From a phage, in sequence record PZ496580.1: a stretch of DNA of 64,000 bases. One strand, given 5' to 3'. The translations under genes were made by a program, and so were the position numbers. Below, in pieces: positions 12,100 through 21,364 of this stretch (within the stretch, counting starts at the first letter, position 1; every line of letters begins with the position of its first letter). The notes below the pieces were generated by a model. It did no database searches and had not been told where the DNA came from. It worked only from the letters and a program-made list of their open reading frames with translations.

Positions 12100-13032
12100 A
12101 TGACCGATATTAAAGCAAAGATCAGTAAGTTGCAAAATGATTTTGTTCAAGGTGAAATTACACATTTCACTGGTAATGAGTCTAATGCTCTAATGGAAAG
12201 TGATGTTGAAAGAATTTCAAATTCAATCAACACTCAGTTAATAGATCCTGTAATTGATTTTGTTATTGCGTGTGATGACGTAATATCAGAAACAGCAAGT
12301 TCGGCACACCGAACGGCAGAAGTCGCAAAAAATACGGCTGATGTTGCGGATCGAACGGCTGGGCAATCTATGAGCAAAGCAACTGATGCACTGACTAAAG
12401 CGACTACCGCAGAATCGGAGGCAGCACGAGCACACAGCCGATTAGATGGATTGAATATTCCACAATTGCCAAACCTAGACAATCAAACATGGAATTGGCT
12501 ATCACGTTCATTTGATAGTGTCAGTATTAAGCCAGCCGTAGGTGTGACTCTTGTCGATCCTGTAAGCGGAAAACCACACATCACATGGACACCAATTAGA
12601 CAAAACTTTGAAACTGGTCGGTATTACGTGGAAGGGCGTTTTGAGGCTAGATTTAAGGTTATGCTAATGGACTGGACACAATCTTCACAAGGTGGTCATA
12701 TTCATTATCTAGGTGGTGGTCAAAGTCTGGCGTCATTTAATGGACGAGTAGAACTATCTGGTTTGTCTAACGATGTAATGAAACCAACCAACATACAGGT
12801 CAATGCATATACGGCAAAAGATACTCAAGTAATTTTTGGTGCATGTGCTGACGCTGCGATCTCAAATTCTAATGAGATTAAATTAGCGTTCATGGTTGAT
12901 ATTGGGTCGGATCGATTTGATAGATTTACAGATCCGGTTTATGTCGACCTTGTTATGACATTCCAGCGTGACGCTAGCGGTAATTTTGGTTTTGGTACGC
13001 TGTTCCCTGAATTAACCCCAAATTCTCCATAA
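12100..13032 (+). CDS. Fibre-like protein with Ala/Thr/Ser-rich N-terminal repeats
   Basis: ATG at 12100; N-terminal TAEVAKNTADVADRTAGQSMSKATDALTKATTAESEAARA resembles tail-fibre stalk repeats. Confidence 0.5.
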   Translation: MTDIKAKISKLQNDFVQGEITHFTGNESNALMESDVERISNSINTQLIDPVIDFVIACDDVISETASSAHRTAEVAKNTADVADRTAGQSMSKATDALTKATTAESEAARAHSRLDGLNIPQLPNLDNQTWNWLSRSFDSVSIKPAVGVTLVDPVSGKPHITWTPIRQNFETGRYYVEGRFEARFKVMLMDWTQSSQGGHIHYLGGGQSLASFNGRVELSGLSNDVMKPTNIQVNAYTAKDTQVIFGACADAAISNSNEIKLAFMVDIGSDRFDRFTDPVYVDLVMTFQRDASGNFGFGTLFPELTPNSP

Positions 13033-13203
13033 GGAGGAATGCATGAGTAAGAAAGAAAACAGCTATGTTATGACTCGTAAGGAATACGACGAATTGATGT
13101 TAGCATTAGCTTATGCAATTATTCGTTCTGATCATGCAATTAATCTGGTAAACAAAGTTAACCGTAGCGTTGATAATGTTTCTAGGAAGAAGTAATTTTA
13201 TTT

Positions 13204-13234
13204 GGGAATCCTTCGGGATTCCCTTTTCTTTTTG
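13204..13234 (+). terminator. Hairpin GGGAATCCTTCGGGATTCCC plus T-run after the fibre-like module
   Basis: Perfect inverted repeat followed by TTTTCTTTTTG. Confidence 0.55.
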
Positions 13235-13242
13235 TATAAATA
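13235..13242 (+). promoter_or_regulatory. Late promoter TATAAATA upstream of gene 24
   Basis: Exact TATAAATA 38 nt upstream of ATG 13280. Confidence 0.5.
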
Positions 13243-13279
13243 TGATATATCCATTAAGGCAAATACAGGATTCATAAAC

Positions 13280-14521
13280 ATGACTCATATTTTTACTGAA
13301 CTGTTGCGGGAATCTACTTCCTCAGTAGCTAACCAGACAGCGCGACCGCAACTATTATCATTAACTCGCGCGGTAAACAACCTGATTTTCTCTGATCTGG
13401 TAGCAATCCAGCCAACGGATCAACCAGTGTCTGCATTGTACGGCCTACGCTATCTTAACCGTGATGGTCAGATGACTTTCCGGTCCGCTGCAACCTATGG
13501 TGGCGCGGCTGGCGATCGCACAGAGATCGAAGAGTTTTCAAAAGAAAAATCTTATGACGAAGGCGCATTATTCAAATCAGGCGATGTTGTATACGAAGTT
13601 GTGACCGCTGGTACAGTCGGTGAAGATGCCGCAACTCCAGAAGCTGCGATCTTTAAAGGCGTAATGACGAATAAAATTCGTTTCTATAGCGATTGTGCAT
13701 CGGTAGAATACTTTGAAGATAAAAACACAGAAATTGCGTCTACCTCTATGCAGTTTGACAAGTGGCAAGTTAATGTAGGTTCTCGTAAACTGAAAACCTC
13801 GTTCACCACTGAATTAATGCAGGATCTTGAAGCAAGCCAAATCAACTCGGAAAACTCTGTAATTGATCTTCTGGCTACTGTCGCTTCCGAAGAGATCAAC
13901 AAAGATATTATACAGAAGTTGATCACTGTATCATCTCGCTATAAAATTAAAGGAATCACCCCTGATGGCGTACTTTCTCTAGTTAGCGTTCAGGATGCAC
14001 CGAAACAAGCTCGAGAACTTTACCGCTACGCGTGCGAAATGAGCAATCAAATGTTGCGTACTTCCTCCTTTGCTGGTACATACGTTTTGGCGTCTTCTCG
14101 CGTGGTTGGCCTCCTGCAATCTACCGGATGGATGGAAGAAACCGACAACGCTCTAAGCGAAGGTCGTCTACGTTGCGGTCTGGAAGTGTACGCAGACACG
14201 ACAACACCTTTCGATTATATGCTCGTTGGTTGTAAGCACATGATCGGTGATATGGAGAGTGTAGGTTCTCTGTTCTACTCCCCATATACAGAAGCCGACG
14301 GCGCTGGCGCGTATAAGAGCGTAATTGACCCTAATAGCTTCCAGCATCATGTAGCTATTATGAATCGTTATTCACTCTCTGTCAACCCATACACATCAAA
14401 AGTTGATCAGGAAGCACACCAGATCATCAAGGGTGACGATTGGGGTAAAATGGCTGGACGTTCAGAAATGTCCTACATTTTAGGAATCGAACTGCCACCG
14501 CTTGAGATTGACAACGCTTAA
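13280..14521 (+). CDS. 24: Capsid vertex protein (gp24)
   Basis: 413 aa from ATG 13280 (SD AGGA); similarity to T4 gp24 (ELLRES..RP.L..LTRA...L..SD.VA.QPT.QPV). Confidence 0.85.
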   Translation: MTHIFTELLRESTSSVANQTARPQLLSLTRAVNNLIFSDLVAIQPTDQPVSALYGLRYLNRDGQMTFRSAATYGGAAGDRTEIEEFSKEKSYDEGALFKSGDVVYEVVTAGTVGEDAATPEAAIFKGVMTNKIRFYSDCASVEYFEDKNTEIASTSMQFDKWQVNVGSRKLKTSFTTELMQDLEASQINSENSVIDLLATVASEEINKDIIQKLITVSSRYKIKGITPDGVLSLVSVQDAPKQARELYRYACEMSNQMLRTSSFAGTYVLASSRVVGLLQSTGWMEETDNALSEGRLRCGLEVYADTTTPFDYMLVGCKHMIGDMESVGSLFYSPYTEADGAGAYKSVIDPNSFQHHVAIMNRYSLSVNPYTSKVDQEAHQIIKGDDWGKMAGRSEMSYILGIELPPLEIDNA

Positions 14522-15109
14522 CTAAATATCTAACCAAGACAAGTCAGATCCGCCCAAGATTTTTTCGACGGCGGATCTATTTTCTTGATGATATAAGTTA
14601 AAACATGGTATCCCATGTCTACGGGCAACATAAACAGCAATTCGAGTCCCGCCAGAAACAATCCCATTAACTTCTTTCGCCCAGAATAACACACAATCTA
14701 CAGGATCATCAAGTGTCTCACCTAAGACTTGAGCAACATTTCTAGAAAACAGATTTTGCATGTATAACGGTATAGAACGAGGATTATCATAAACGTGTTC
14801 TAATTCATCCATCGCCAGATCTTTTTGTTCTAAGGTTTGCCATGCAATCACATCATGACCGTTATGCTTGTGGTCATAAAACTTCCAATTTGGAATGAAA
14901 ATTTTTCTATAATCTGGATCGTAATACTTCATGAAAGCATTGTCCATACCGTAAGCCCCTCCAGAATGCGCTACAACGCGATTTTCTGACAATACCCTCC
15001 CAATGGTACTAGCCATTATCAAAATGTCGCTAGGAGCTTTTCTAGAGCCGATTAAAGCACATCTACGAAGTGGTTTTACTCCAAATAGATCTTGTAACTG
15101 GTCAAACAT
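14522..15109 (-). CDS. DprA/Smf-like (SLOG-fold) Rossmann protein
   Basis: 195 aa; IGSRKAP...HSGGAYGMD and VSGGTRIAVYVA motifs resemble the DprA/LOG nucleotide-binding core; SD GGAGG. Confidence 0.45.
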   Translation of the reverse strand: MFDQLQDLFGVKPLRRCALIGSRKAPSDILIMASTIGRVLSENRVVAHSGGAYGMDNAFMKYYDPDYRKIFIPNWKFYDHKHNGHDVIAWQTLEQKDLAMDELEHVYDNPRSIPLYMQNLFSRNVAQVLGETLDDPVDCVLFWAKEVNGIVSGGTRIAVYVARRHGIPCFNLYHQENRSAVEKILGGSDLSWLDI

Positions 15110-15261
15110 AATATTTCCTCCATAGAAAGCAATATCATACTACAAGTTAATAACAAATACAAGTATCCGCGTAGCGGAAGCGAGCACAGCGAGCAATAAA
15201 ACACTTCCAGTAATTGATTAATAAATGTTCGAAACAAATTTTTATTATTCTATAAGATAAG

Positions 15262-15287
15262 TCTTCGTTTTGATCATAATTTAATCA
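15262..15287. repeat. 26 bp direct repeat copy 1 (TCTTCGTTTTGATCATAATTTAATCA) in a 410 bp non-coding region
   Basis: Identical 26-mer recurs at 15411-15436; both are followed by CACATGTAAA(A)CT. Confidence 0.6.
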
Positions 15288-15410
15288 CACATGTAAAACT
15301 ACACAAAAAGGATATCGCTTCGCGAACTCCTACGGAGTATAACATTTGTGTTACATTATGTGGTGATTAATAATTAATCAAAGATACATTTTCTATGTTC
15401 TAAAGATCTT

Positions 15411-15436
15411 TCTTCGTTTTGATCATAATTTAATCA
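15411..15436. repeat. 26 bp direct repeat copy 2
   Basis: Identical to 15262-15287. Confidence 0.6.
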
Positions 15437-15489
15437 AACAGTATTAATATTGTCCACATGTAAACTAAAATTATGTCAATAATAGATAC

Positions 15490-15513
15490 AAAAAAGCCGC
15501 CCAGAAGGACGGC
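15490..15513 (-). terminator. Rho-independent terminator after ORF 15523-15960
   Basis: Minus-strand hairpin GCCGTCCTTCTGGGCGGC followed by TTTTTT. Confidence 0.55.
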
Positions 15514-15522
15514 TAATGTTAA

Positions 15523-15960
15523 TTATTTGTTGATAACGATCTGATTTCGGCGAATGGTAACATTACTCTTAGAGATGATCAGATCATCCGGCACTACGTT
15601 AGTTTTGTATGGCTGGAAGCGAACAAGCATCTGATTGCGTTTAGACCCTTCCTTAATCTTGATTTCCATCTGGATATTGTTGCCTACGTGAGCAACCGCA
15701 ATTTCACCTTTATTCTCATAGACCCACTTGCTGGTAACGTCGCCAGCAAAAGCCTTAATAACTTGCAATGCTTCGTCGTATGCGGTAGAGCTGTGAACTT
15801 TCAGAAGGCCAGCCGTAGCAAGACGGGAGCAGGTGATCGCCGGAGATTGCCAAACATCAACATTAATTTGCTCAATCAGAGTAACACCGCCCTGATCAAC
15901 TGCTTTGAATGCTTCGAACATTGCTTTTTTCATTGCTACGTGATTTTTACGGAATTTCAT
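15523..15960 (-). CDS. Hypothetical protein (145 aa)
   Basis: ORF with SD GAGGTG; no recognised motif. Confidence 0.5.
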   Translation of the reverse strand: MKFRKNHVAMKKAMFEAFKAVDQGGVTLIEQINVDVWQSPAITCSRLATAGLLKVHSSTAYDEALQVIKAFAGDVTSKWVYENKGEIAVAHVGNNIQMEIKIKEGSKRNQMLVRFQPYKTNVVPDDLIISKSNVTIRRNQIVINK

Positions 15961-16006
15961 AATTAGTCACCTCTATTGATTAGTTATTCAGAATATTAAT
16001 TACAAA

Positions 16007-16282
16007 TTAGGACATTGCCCGTTTGAATGCGTCCATTATAACAGTGTTATTTGGCTTGTCAACACGTTTTTGAACTTTATTTTTAAATTTTTTGTTGATG
16101 TGGTGTTTACGATAAACAACCTTTTCACGGTTGGCGTAAGCCTCTCGTGCATCTTTTACCATCAACCATGCCTTAGCCGCATCTTGTCCGCTGATCCCGC
16201 CAATCTTTTTAGCAATATCAACAAAATTAAGACCGTGGTCTTCACGTAGCATGTAAACCATTAACGCTGTTTTCTTGTCCAT
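16007..16282 (-). CDS. Hypothetical basic protein (91 aa)
   Basis: ATG overlaps stop of the upstream ORF (TGATG coupling); Lys/Arg-rich C-terminus. Confidence 0.4.
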   Translation of the reverse strand: MDKKTALMVYMLREDHGLNFVDIAKKIGGISGQDAAKAWLMVKDAREAYANREKVVYRKHHINKKFKNKVQKRVDKPNNTVIMDAFKRAMS

Positions 16283-16479
16283 CACTTCGCCCCATTGACG
16301 ATTAACAGGATAGTGATCAGTACCGGAAACTGGATCATGACAGTACCAAAAAACCGGATAAACGCATTTTCTGACTTCCACACATGACATGCGACTAGCT
16401 GATAGACCATTGTTGCAACCAAAGCCAGAAAATACATCTCGATTGGTGCTTCTTTGATCAATCGTACAATCTCATTCAT
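16282..16479 (-). CDS. Small membrane protein (65 aa)
   Basis: Two hydrophobic segments; SD GAGGTG. Confidence 0.4.
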   Translation of the reverse strand: MNEIVRLIKEAPIEMYFLALVATMVYQLVACHVWKSENAFIRFFGTVMIQFPVLITILLIVNGAK

Positions 16480-16624
16480 ACTTCACCTCATACATTCATA
16501 AACACAACAACGAATAGGACAGTAACAGTTATTAAAGCCATTTTCAACCCCATATTCATAATATTTTCCTCATAGGGTAACGCCCTGTTGATGTTTGCCA
16601 TTATAAGCCACTAAATCACACTGT

Positions 16625-16653
16625 CAAGCACTAAAAACAAAAAAGCCACCCCG
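16625..16653 (-). terminator. Rho-independent terminator after the short Hoc paralog
   Basis: Hairpin GCCATCCTTCGGGGTGGC plus T-run on minus strand. Confidence 0.55.
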
Positions 16654-16674
16654 AAGGATGGCTGATAAATTTCA

Positions 16675-17901
16675 TTAAGCAGGAGGCGTTTCACGAATCC
16701 GTAGGACACGCTCTAATGTCTCGCGATCCAGCTTGTGGAACTCTTTGGACTGATACATGAAACCATTGCGAGATTCCATGCAAGTGCAATCACTATATTT
16801 TTCTTCCGCTGCCGCGATTGTCTCCAGATCTTTGGCGTACTTGCTGGTTGAATAAACTTCTCGGTGACGCCACTCTAAACCAGCCTCATTGAATTTAACA
16901 ATCTCGTCAAATACCCACCATCCAATATAGATGAATGAAGTTTTGCGCCACGGGATCGGGTGCACGTAACGGAACATTTTATGAAGAGATTCAACAACTT
17001 CCATTGAACACTTTCTGCTTGTACGTGCTGCAAGTTCTACTGTTGCGTCTTCGATCTGTTGATATAGTTTAGCAACACACCAGAATTTGGCTGTATCATC
17101 GTAAGTAGCACGCTCTTTGAACAGATGACCGTCTGGCATGATAGAAAATCCTTCCAGTGCTTCGCCGACCTCACTACCGATCAGAGTCGGTGACGGTTGC
17201 CCTTCGCGCTGCAAATACCAGTTATGTTTGATCGTCAATTTAGGCATACCGCTAGAATCGCCTACAATGTCCTCTGACACAACATAATTAAGTAAGATCT
17301 CCTTACCTAGTGCTACGGTCTTTGATTCCACCACATCCTGATCTACGCTCATTGTAGCCAGCATGATTTTAGTGGATGCGCTATCGGCTGAATCTTCCGA
17401 TTCGCCCCATACTTTGACAGTATACACGCCGTTGTTATCTGCTGTAAATTCTTGGATCGTGATATCCTGTGTCGTGTCTATAACTTCTTCGCCCTTACTC
17501 CAACTATAATGTAGTTCATAATTGTCTGTTGGAGTCTTCCCGCCAGAAAATTTTACTGTTGCATGTAATTCTACGTCTGTTTGTGTTGGTACGTAGAATT
17601 GCGGCGGTTCGGTGATCTTAACGATTAATTCAGCTTCTTCCATACGGAAAACGTCAGATTCTACCGATTCCCCGCTATCGGTATCTTGCACAGTGACTTT
17701 ATAGTTACCCGCATTTTCACTTGTTGCACCTGCTACAGTTAGCGTAGCGGTGTTATTTTCGTGTGGTTTGTTGTCTTTTGTCCATGTATAGGTCAAATTG
17801 CTGGGTAATGGTTCGTCACCTGCTACCGTCGCTGTTAATGTGAAACCATCTCCAGCAAGAAAACATCTTTTGTCAGATTTAATTGATACTGTGAAAGCCA
17901 T
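16675..17901 (-). CDS. hoc: Hoc-like outer capsid protein (3 Ig-like domains)
   Basis: N-terminus MAFTVSIKSDK resembles T4 Hoc MTFTVDITPK; C-terminal YVHPIPWRKTSFIYIGWWVFDEI...ESRNGF matches the T4 Hoc capsid-binding domain; start placed at second ATG with SD. Confidence 0.8.
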   Translation of the reverse strand: MAFTVSIKSDKRCFLAGDGFTLTATVAGDEPLPSNLTYTWTKDNKPHENNTATLTVAGATSENAGNYKVTVQDTDSGESVESDVFRMEEAELIVKITEPPQFYVPTQTDVELHATVKFSGGKTPTDNYELHYSWSKGEEVIDTTQDITIQEFTADNNGVYTVKVWGESEDSADSASTKIMLATMSVDQDVVESKTVALGKEILLNYVVSEDIVGDSSGMPKLTIKHNWYLQREGQPSPTLIGSEVGEALEGFSIMPDGHLFKERATYDDTAKFWCVAKLYQQIEDATVELAARTSRKCSMEVVESLHKMFRYVHPIPWRKTSFIYIGWWVFDEIVKFNEAGLEWRHREVYSTSKYAKDLETIAAAEEKYSDCTCMESRNGFMYQSKEFHKLDRETLERVLRIRETPPA

Positions 17902-17916
17902 ATAAAGCCACTCCAT

Positions 17917-17940
17917 AGAAAAGCCGCCCCGAAGGACGGC
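17917..17940 (-). terminator. Hairpin terminator after the large Hoc paralog
   Basis: GCCGTCCTTCGGGGCGGC hairpin with short T-run on minus strand. Confidence 0.4.
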
Positions 17941-17950
17941 ATTTAATTAA

Positions 17951-20491
17951 TTAAAATAGTTGAGTACCATCAACCAGATAACCATTACGAGATTCCAATA
18001 CATGAGTATTAGAATAGTGATGCAACGAGGCTGCAATAGTCTCGATCTCGTCCGGGTATTTGGTATGTTCAAAGTCTTCTAACCAGTTAAGCCCTTCTCG
18101 GTTGCAACGATCAATTTCATCAAGTACCCAATAGCCTTGATACTGGAACGAAGTACGACGCCACGGAATCGGGTGTACATAGCGTTTTAATTTCGCGGTA
18201 GTAAACACTACACGAACTTTTTCACTATGTTTAACATGTCCTTCGTCGTCAGTAATTTCTGCATAATAGGTTGCTTGATGTGTCTCCTTGCTAATTTGTT
18301 CTTTAGGAATAGTATACACCTTACTATTAGCACCCTCAATAACAGTATCTTTACCGCCCTGAATTTTATGCCACTTCCATTGAACTTCTTTTTCATCATC
18401 AACGTGTTCGGCATGAGCTTCTAAGGTAATATCCTGTTTCTGTCCTTCTTTAGCAACCACATCCACCGGATGTTTCAGAATATTGATATTTGAATGATGA
18501 GTCATTGTCACTAATGCAGGATTAGATTCAATGGTATTCTCACCAGCCGTAATTACCGCTGTGTAGCTGCCTACGTCAGACGGTTTTGCGTGTTCAATAA
18601 TCAATACATCTGAATTTGCACCAGGAATAATCTCACCGTCTTTTTTCCATTGATATGATGGTTTAATACCAATAGATGTTTGTGCGGCAGCGTGTAACAT
18701 AATTTTTTCATTATATTTCACATGCGCATCTTGTGGGTGAGTTGTGACTGCTAGGTCATTTGGAACAACCGTCACATCGTCGGAGATCAATACCCTAACC
18801 GCCTCTGACATTTTAGAAACTCGATGTTCACCGAATCCAGCCGATACACGGCATGTATAAACGCCAGTAGATGTTAATTGTGCATGGTCTTCGCCGTATA
18901 CGTTTCGTTGTTCAATTCCTGCTGGGAAAAGATCCTCACCATCTTTAAACCAACGGTAGCGAACTGGTAAAGCATCGTTAGACGTTGCTTTGATCGTCAG
19001 CGCCCATTGTCCACCTGAACGAACTTTAACGGCTTTAGGTTGTACAGTGATTTCAAGATTAGCCTTTGAGTTGTCTACCGTCACCTGAACTTCGTTAGAT
19101 TCCTTAGAAATACGATGATTCTGTATACCCATAGAAACCTTACATTTATAACGTCCTTCGTCAGATTTGGCGATTGAAGAGAAATGTAATGTTTTAGCAG
19201 TTTTACCCGGTAATAGTTCATCGTCTTTATACCACTGATAATCAAGTTTATAATGCTCGTAGGTAGTTTCTGCCTCACAAATTAAAGTTTGTGAAGAACT
19301 AACGCGAACGTTATTGATTGCTTGTGGTTGTTTCGTGATTCTAATTTCAGGTGCAGCACCAACTAAAAGATCGGCCTCGTCCGAGTCTGCGACTTGATTG
19401 TCGCCATAAGTGACTTTAGCCTTATATTTCGCCTGATTTAATTCTTGCGTAGCAGGTGTAATATGAAGATCTTTATTTGTTGCGCCAACAATTGGTTTAA
19501 ATTCCGGTTCCCCATTTTTCTTGATGTACCATTGAACTTTTACCGGTTCGTAGTTGGTTGCAAAATCAACACTGAACAAACCTAAAGCACCAGCACCAAC
19601 ATTTATTGTGAGTGGTTGTTTAGTGAAGCGGAAAAACGCTCGTCCTTGTATTGTAACATGACAATCTTTCGAATAGACCGTAGTTTCTGCTTGACGAACT
19701 TCAAGACGCCAAACACCCTCGTCTTTTTTGGTTACATGTGGTATGATCAGTGCGGTCCCGTCTTGTTCCAGCACCATCCTGTCATTATGAATCCACACGT
19801 AAGACAATGGTCGCGTTTTATCGTCTGTCGTGACAGACACTTCAAGATCCAATCGCGTGTCCTCTGCCACTGTAACCGCTGATGGGTAATGTTCCTGAAT
19901 ATGAACTTTAGGAGCATCTTTATTTTGTTCCACTACTACCGGACTGATCCAATAGTGAGAACGTGCATCATCGGTAACAAATACCTTACAAGTATAGTTA
20001 CCAAAATCCTCATAACCAACTCGATCTACATGGACGTTTTTTTCTCTAACTTTATTAGGATCTAACTGAATGTGGTTTTTATACCAAATAGTATCAAATT
20101 GCTTGTTATCTTCGATGAACGGAGTAACAAAAATATCCAATTCTTCGCCTAAACGCTTATAAATGTAGGTCGGAGATTGATCCTGTGGTGCAAGGAAGGT
20201 GCGACGTTCAACAAGAATAGGCTTAATATCAACCGATTCAAGCGGATTATCTTTCAGCTTAACTTTCGCTGTATACGTGCCGAATTGATCTTGAGTCATT
20301 TCAGCAATATACAGAGATTGATCTGGTTCTGCAACCTGATCTGATGGTACGCTTTGACCGTTTAGCTTCCATTCTACGATATAGTCTTTAAAATCTGCGG
20401 TACTTACTACGAGCTTAAGAACAAGTTCATGTCCTACAGACGCGTAGACCGGACCCATAGTTTGATGTAAAATGTTGATTTTATCAGACAT
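17951..20491 (-). CDS. Giant Hoc-like protein with expanded Ig-like array (about 846 aa)
   Basis: Repeated Ig-like segments (recurring W-x-K/R-D/N-G and Y-x-C-x-V patterns) and C-terminal Hoc capsid-binding domain YVHPIPWRRTSFQYQGYWVLDEI...ESRNGY; start at ATG 20491 with SD AGAGGA. Confidence 0.75.
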   Translation of the reverse strand: MSDKINILHQTMGPVYASVGHELVLKLVVSTADFKDYIVEWKLNGQSVPSDQVAEPDQSLYIAEMTQDQFGTYTAKVKLKDNPLESVDIKPILVERRTFLAPQDQSPTYIYKRLGEELDIFVTPFIEDNKQFDTIWYKNHIQLDPNKVREKNVHVDRVGYEDFGNYTCKVFVTDDARSHYWISPVVVEQNKDAPKVHIQEHYPSAVTVAEDTRLDLEVSVTTDDKTRPLSYVWIHNDRMVLEQDGTALIIPHVTKKDEGVWRLEVRQAETTVYSKDCHVTIQGRAFFRFTKQPLTINVGAGALGLFSVDFATNYEPVKVQWYIKKNGEPEFKPIVGATNKDLHITPATQELNQAKYKAKVTYGDNQVADSDEADLLVGAAPEIRITKQPQAINNVRVSSSQTLICEAETTYEHYKLDYQWYKDDELLPGKTAKTLHFSSIAKSDEGRYKCKVSMGIQNHRISKESNEVQVTVDNSKANLEITVQPKAVKVRSGGQWALTIKATSNDALPVRYRWFKDGEDLFPAGIEQRNVYGEDHAQLTSTGVYTCRVSAGFGEHRVSKMSEAVRVLISDDVTVVPNDLAVTTHPQDAHVKYNEKIMLHAAAQTSIGIKPSYQWKKDGEIIPGANSDVLIIEHAKPSDVGSYTAVITAGENTIESNPALVTMTHHSNINILKHPVDVVAKEGQKQDITLEAHAEHVDDEKEVQWKWHKIQGGKDTVIEGANSKVYTIPKEQISKETHQATYYAEITDDEGHVKHSEKVRVVFTTAKLKRYVHPIPWRRTSFQYQGYWVLDEIDRCNREGLNWLEDFEHTKYPDEIETIAASLHHYSNTHVLESRNGYLVDGTQLF

Positions 20492-20568
20492 GTAATATCC
20501 TCTTTTTAATTGCATAACGGAACTACAATTAAAAACATAACAAATATTTCACAACTTTTACGCTCTTA

Positions 20569-21294
20569 TTATTTAAGAGTGTGGAATTGGCTGTGTTTAG
20601 TCTCTCGCACCTTGACAGACCCATCACGTTTGATATAATAGATCAGTGACTTGAGGGTGTCGTGTACATACGCGTGAGGGAAACGCTCTGGATACTTCTT
20701 CCAATCTGGAGTATTAACGATCCAGTCGAAAATCCACCACGGGCAGGAGTAGTAACCACGACCGCCACCGATCAAGCAAATGGTCGGACGGAAGCCAGTA
20801 AGATCGCAAAATGAATCAGTGTCATGTGCTGGGGAACGATGCTCTGCTTCGTCGGAGAAAATGTTTGCTACCGGAGATTCCACTTTAACTTCCGGTGCTT
20901 CTTCAACATCTGACTTAACTTCTTCGACCACTGGTTCAACTGCTGGAGATTCTTCTTTTGTTTCTTCAATGACGATCTCAGGTTCTTTCATTGCTTCAAC
21001 CAGAGACGGATCAACTTCGTCGAATACCACTTTATCATCTGCGGTGTCTGCTGCCAGAATAAGATCGTTAATACTGGTTCCTTCTTCTTGGGTTTCTTCT
21101 TCCATTTCGGAAGCCAGTTTAGTTAATTCGGTTTCTACGAACTCGATCATGTTCTCTAGCGATAGCGTCTTTTTGACCTTGATATCAAATTGTTTTGCAT
21201 AGTCAGCTAATTCTGTTTTAGCTGTTTTCTGTGCTTCTTTGTCGTCGGACGCCGCAATAGCGCGGAGTTCTTCGAAATATTCTTTATCAAACAT
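20569..21294 (-). CDS. Acidic protein, Inh-like by position only
   Basis: 241 aa; very acidic middle; lies between hoc and uvsW where T4 has inh; assignment by synteny only. Confidence 0.35.
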   Translation of the reverse strand: MFDKEYFEELRAIAASDDKEAQKTAKTELADYAKQFDIKVKKTLSLENMIEFVETELTKLASEMEEETQEEGTSINDLILAADTADDKVVFDEVDPSLVEAMKEPEIVIEETKEESPAVEPVVEEVKSDVEEAPEVKVESPVANIFSDEAEHRSPAHDTDSFCDLTGFRPTICLIGGGRGYYSCPWWIFDWIVNTPDWKKYPERFPHAYVHDTLKSLIYYIKRDGSVKVRETKHSQFHTLK

Positions 21295-21320
21295 GTTATT
21301 CTCCTGATTGGGGGTGTTTG

Positions 21321-21328
21321 TATAAATA
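21321..21328 (+). promoter_or_regulatory. Late promoter TATAAATA upstream of uvsW
   Basis: Exact TATAAATA 37 nt upstream of ATG 21365. Confidence 0.45.
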
Positions 21329-21364
21329 TTTGTATACTGTATTTATTGAGTGAGGCTATTCGCT

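Noticed and set aside
15110-15522. Possible tRNA or small RNA genes in the long non-coding region
   Set aside because: No cloverleaf-compatible stems or conserved tRNA boxes could be found by eye; the region is AT-rich with direct repeats, so it is reported only as a repeat-containing regulatory region.
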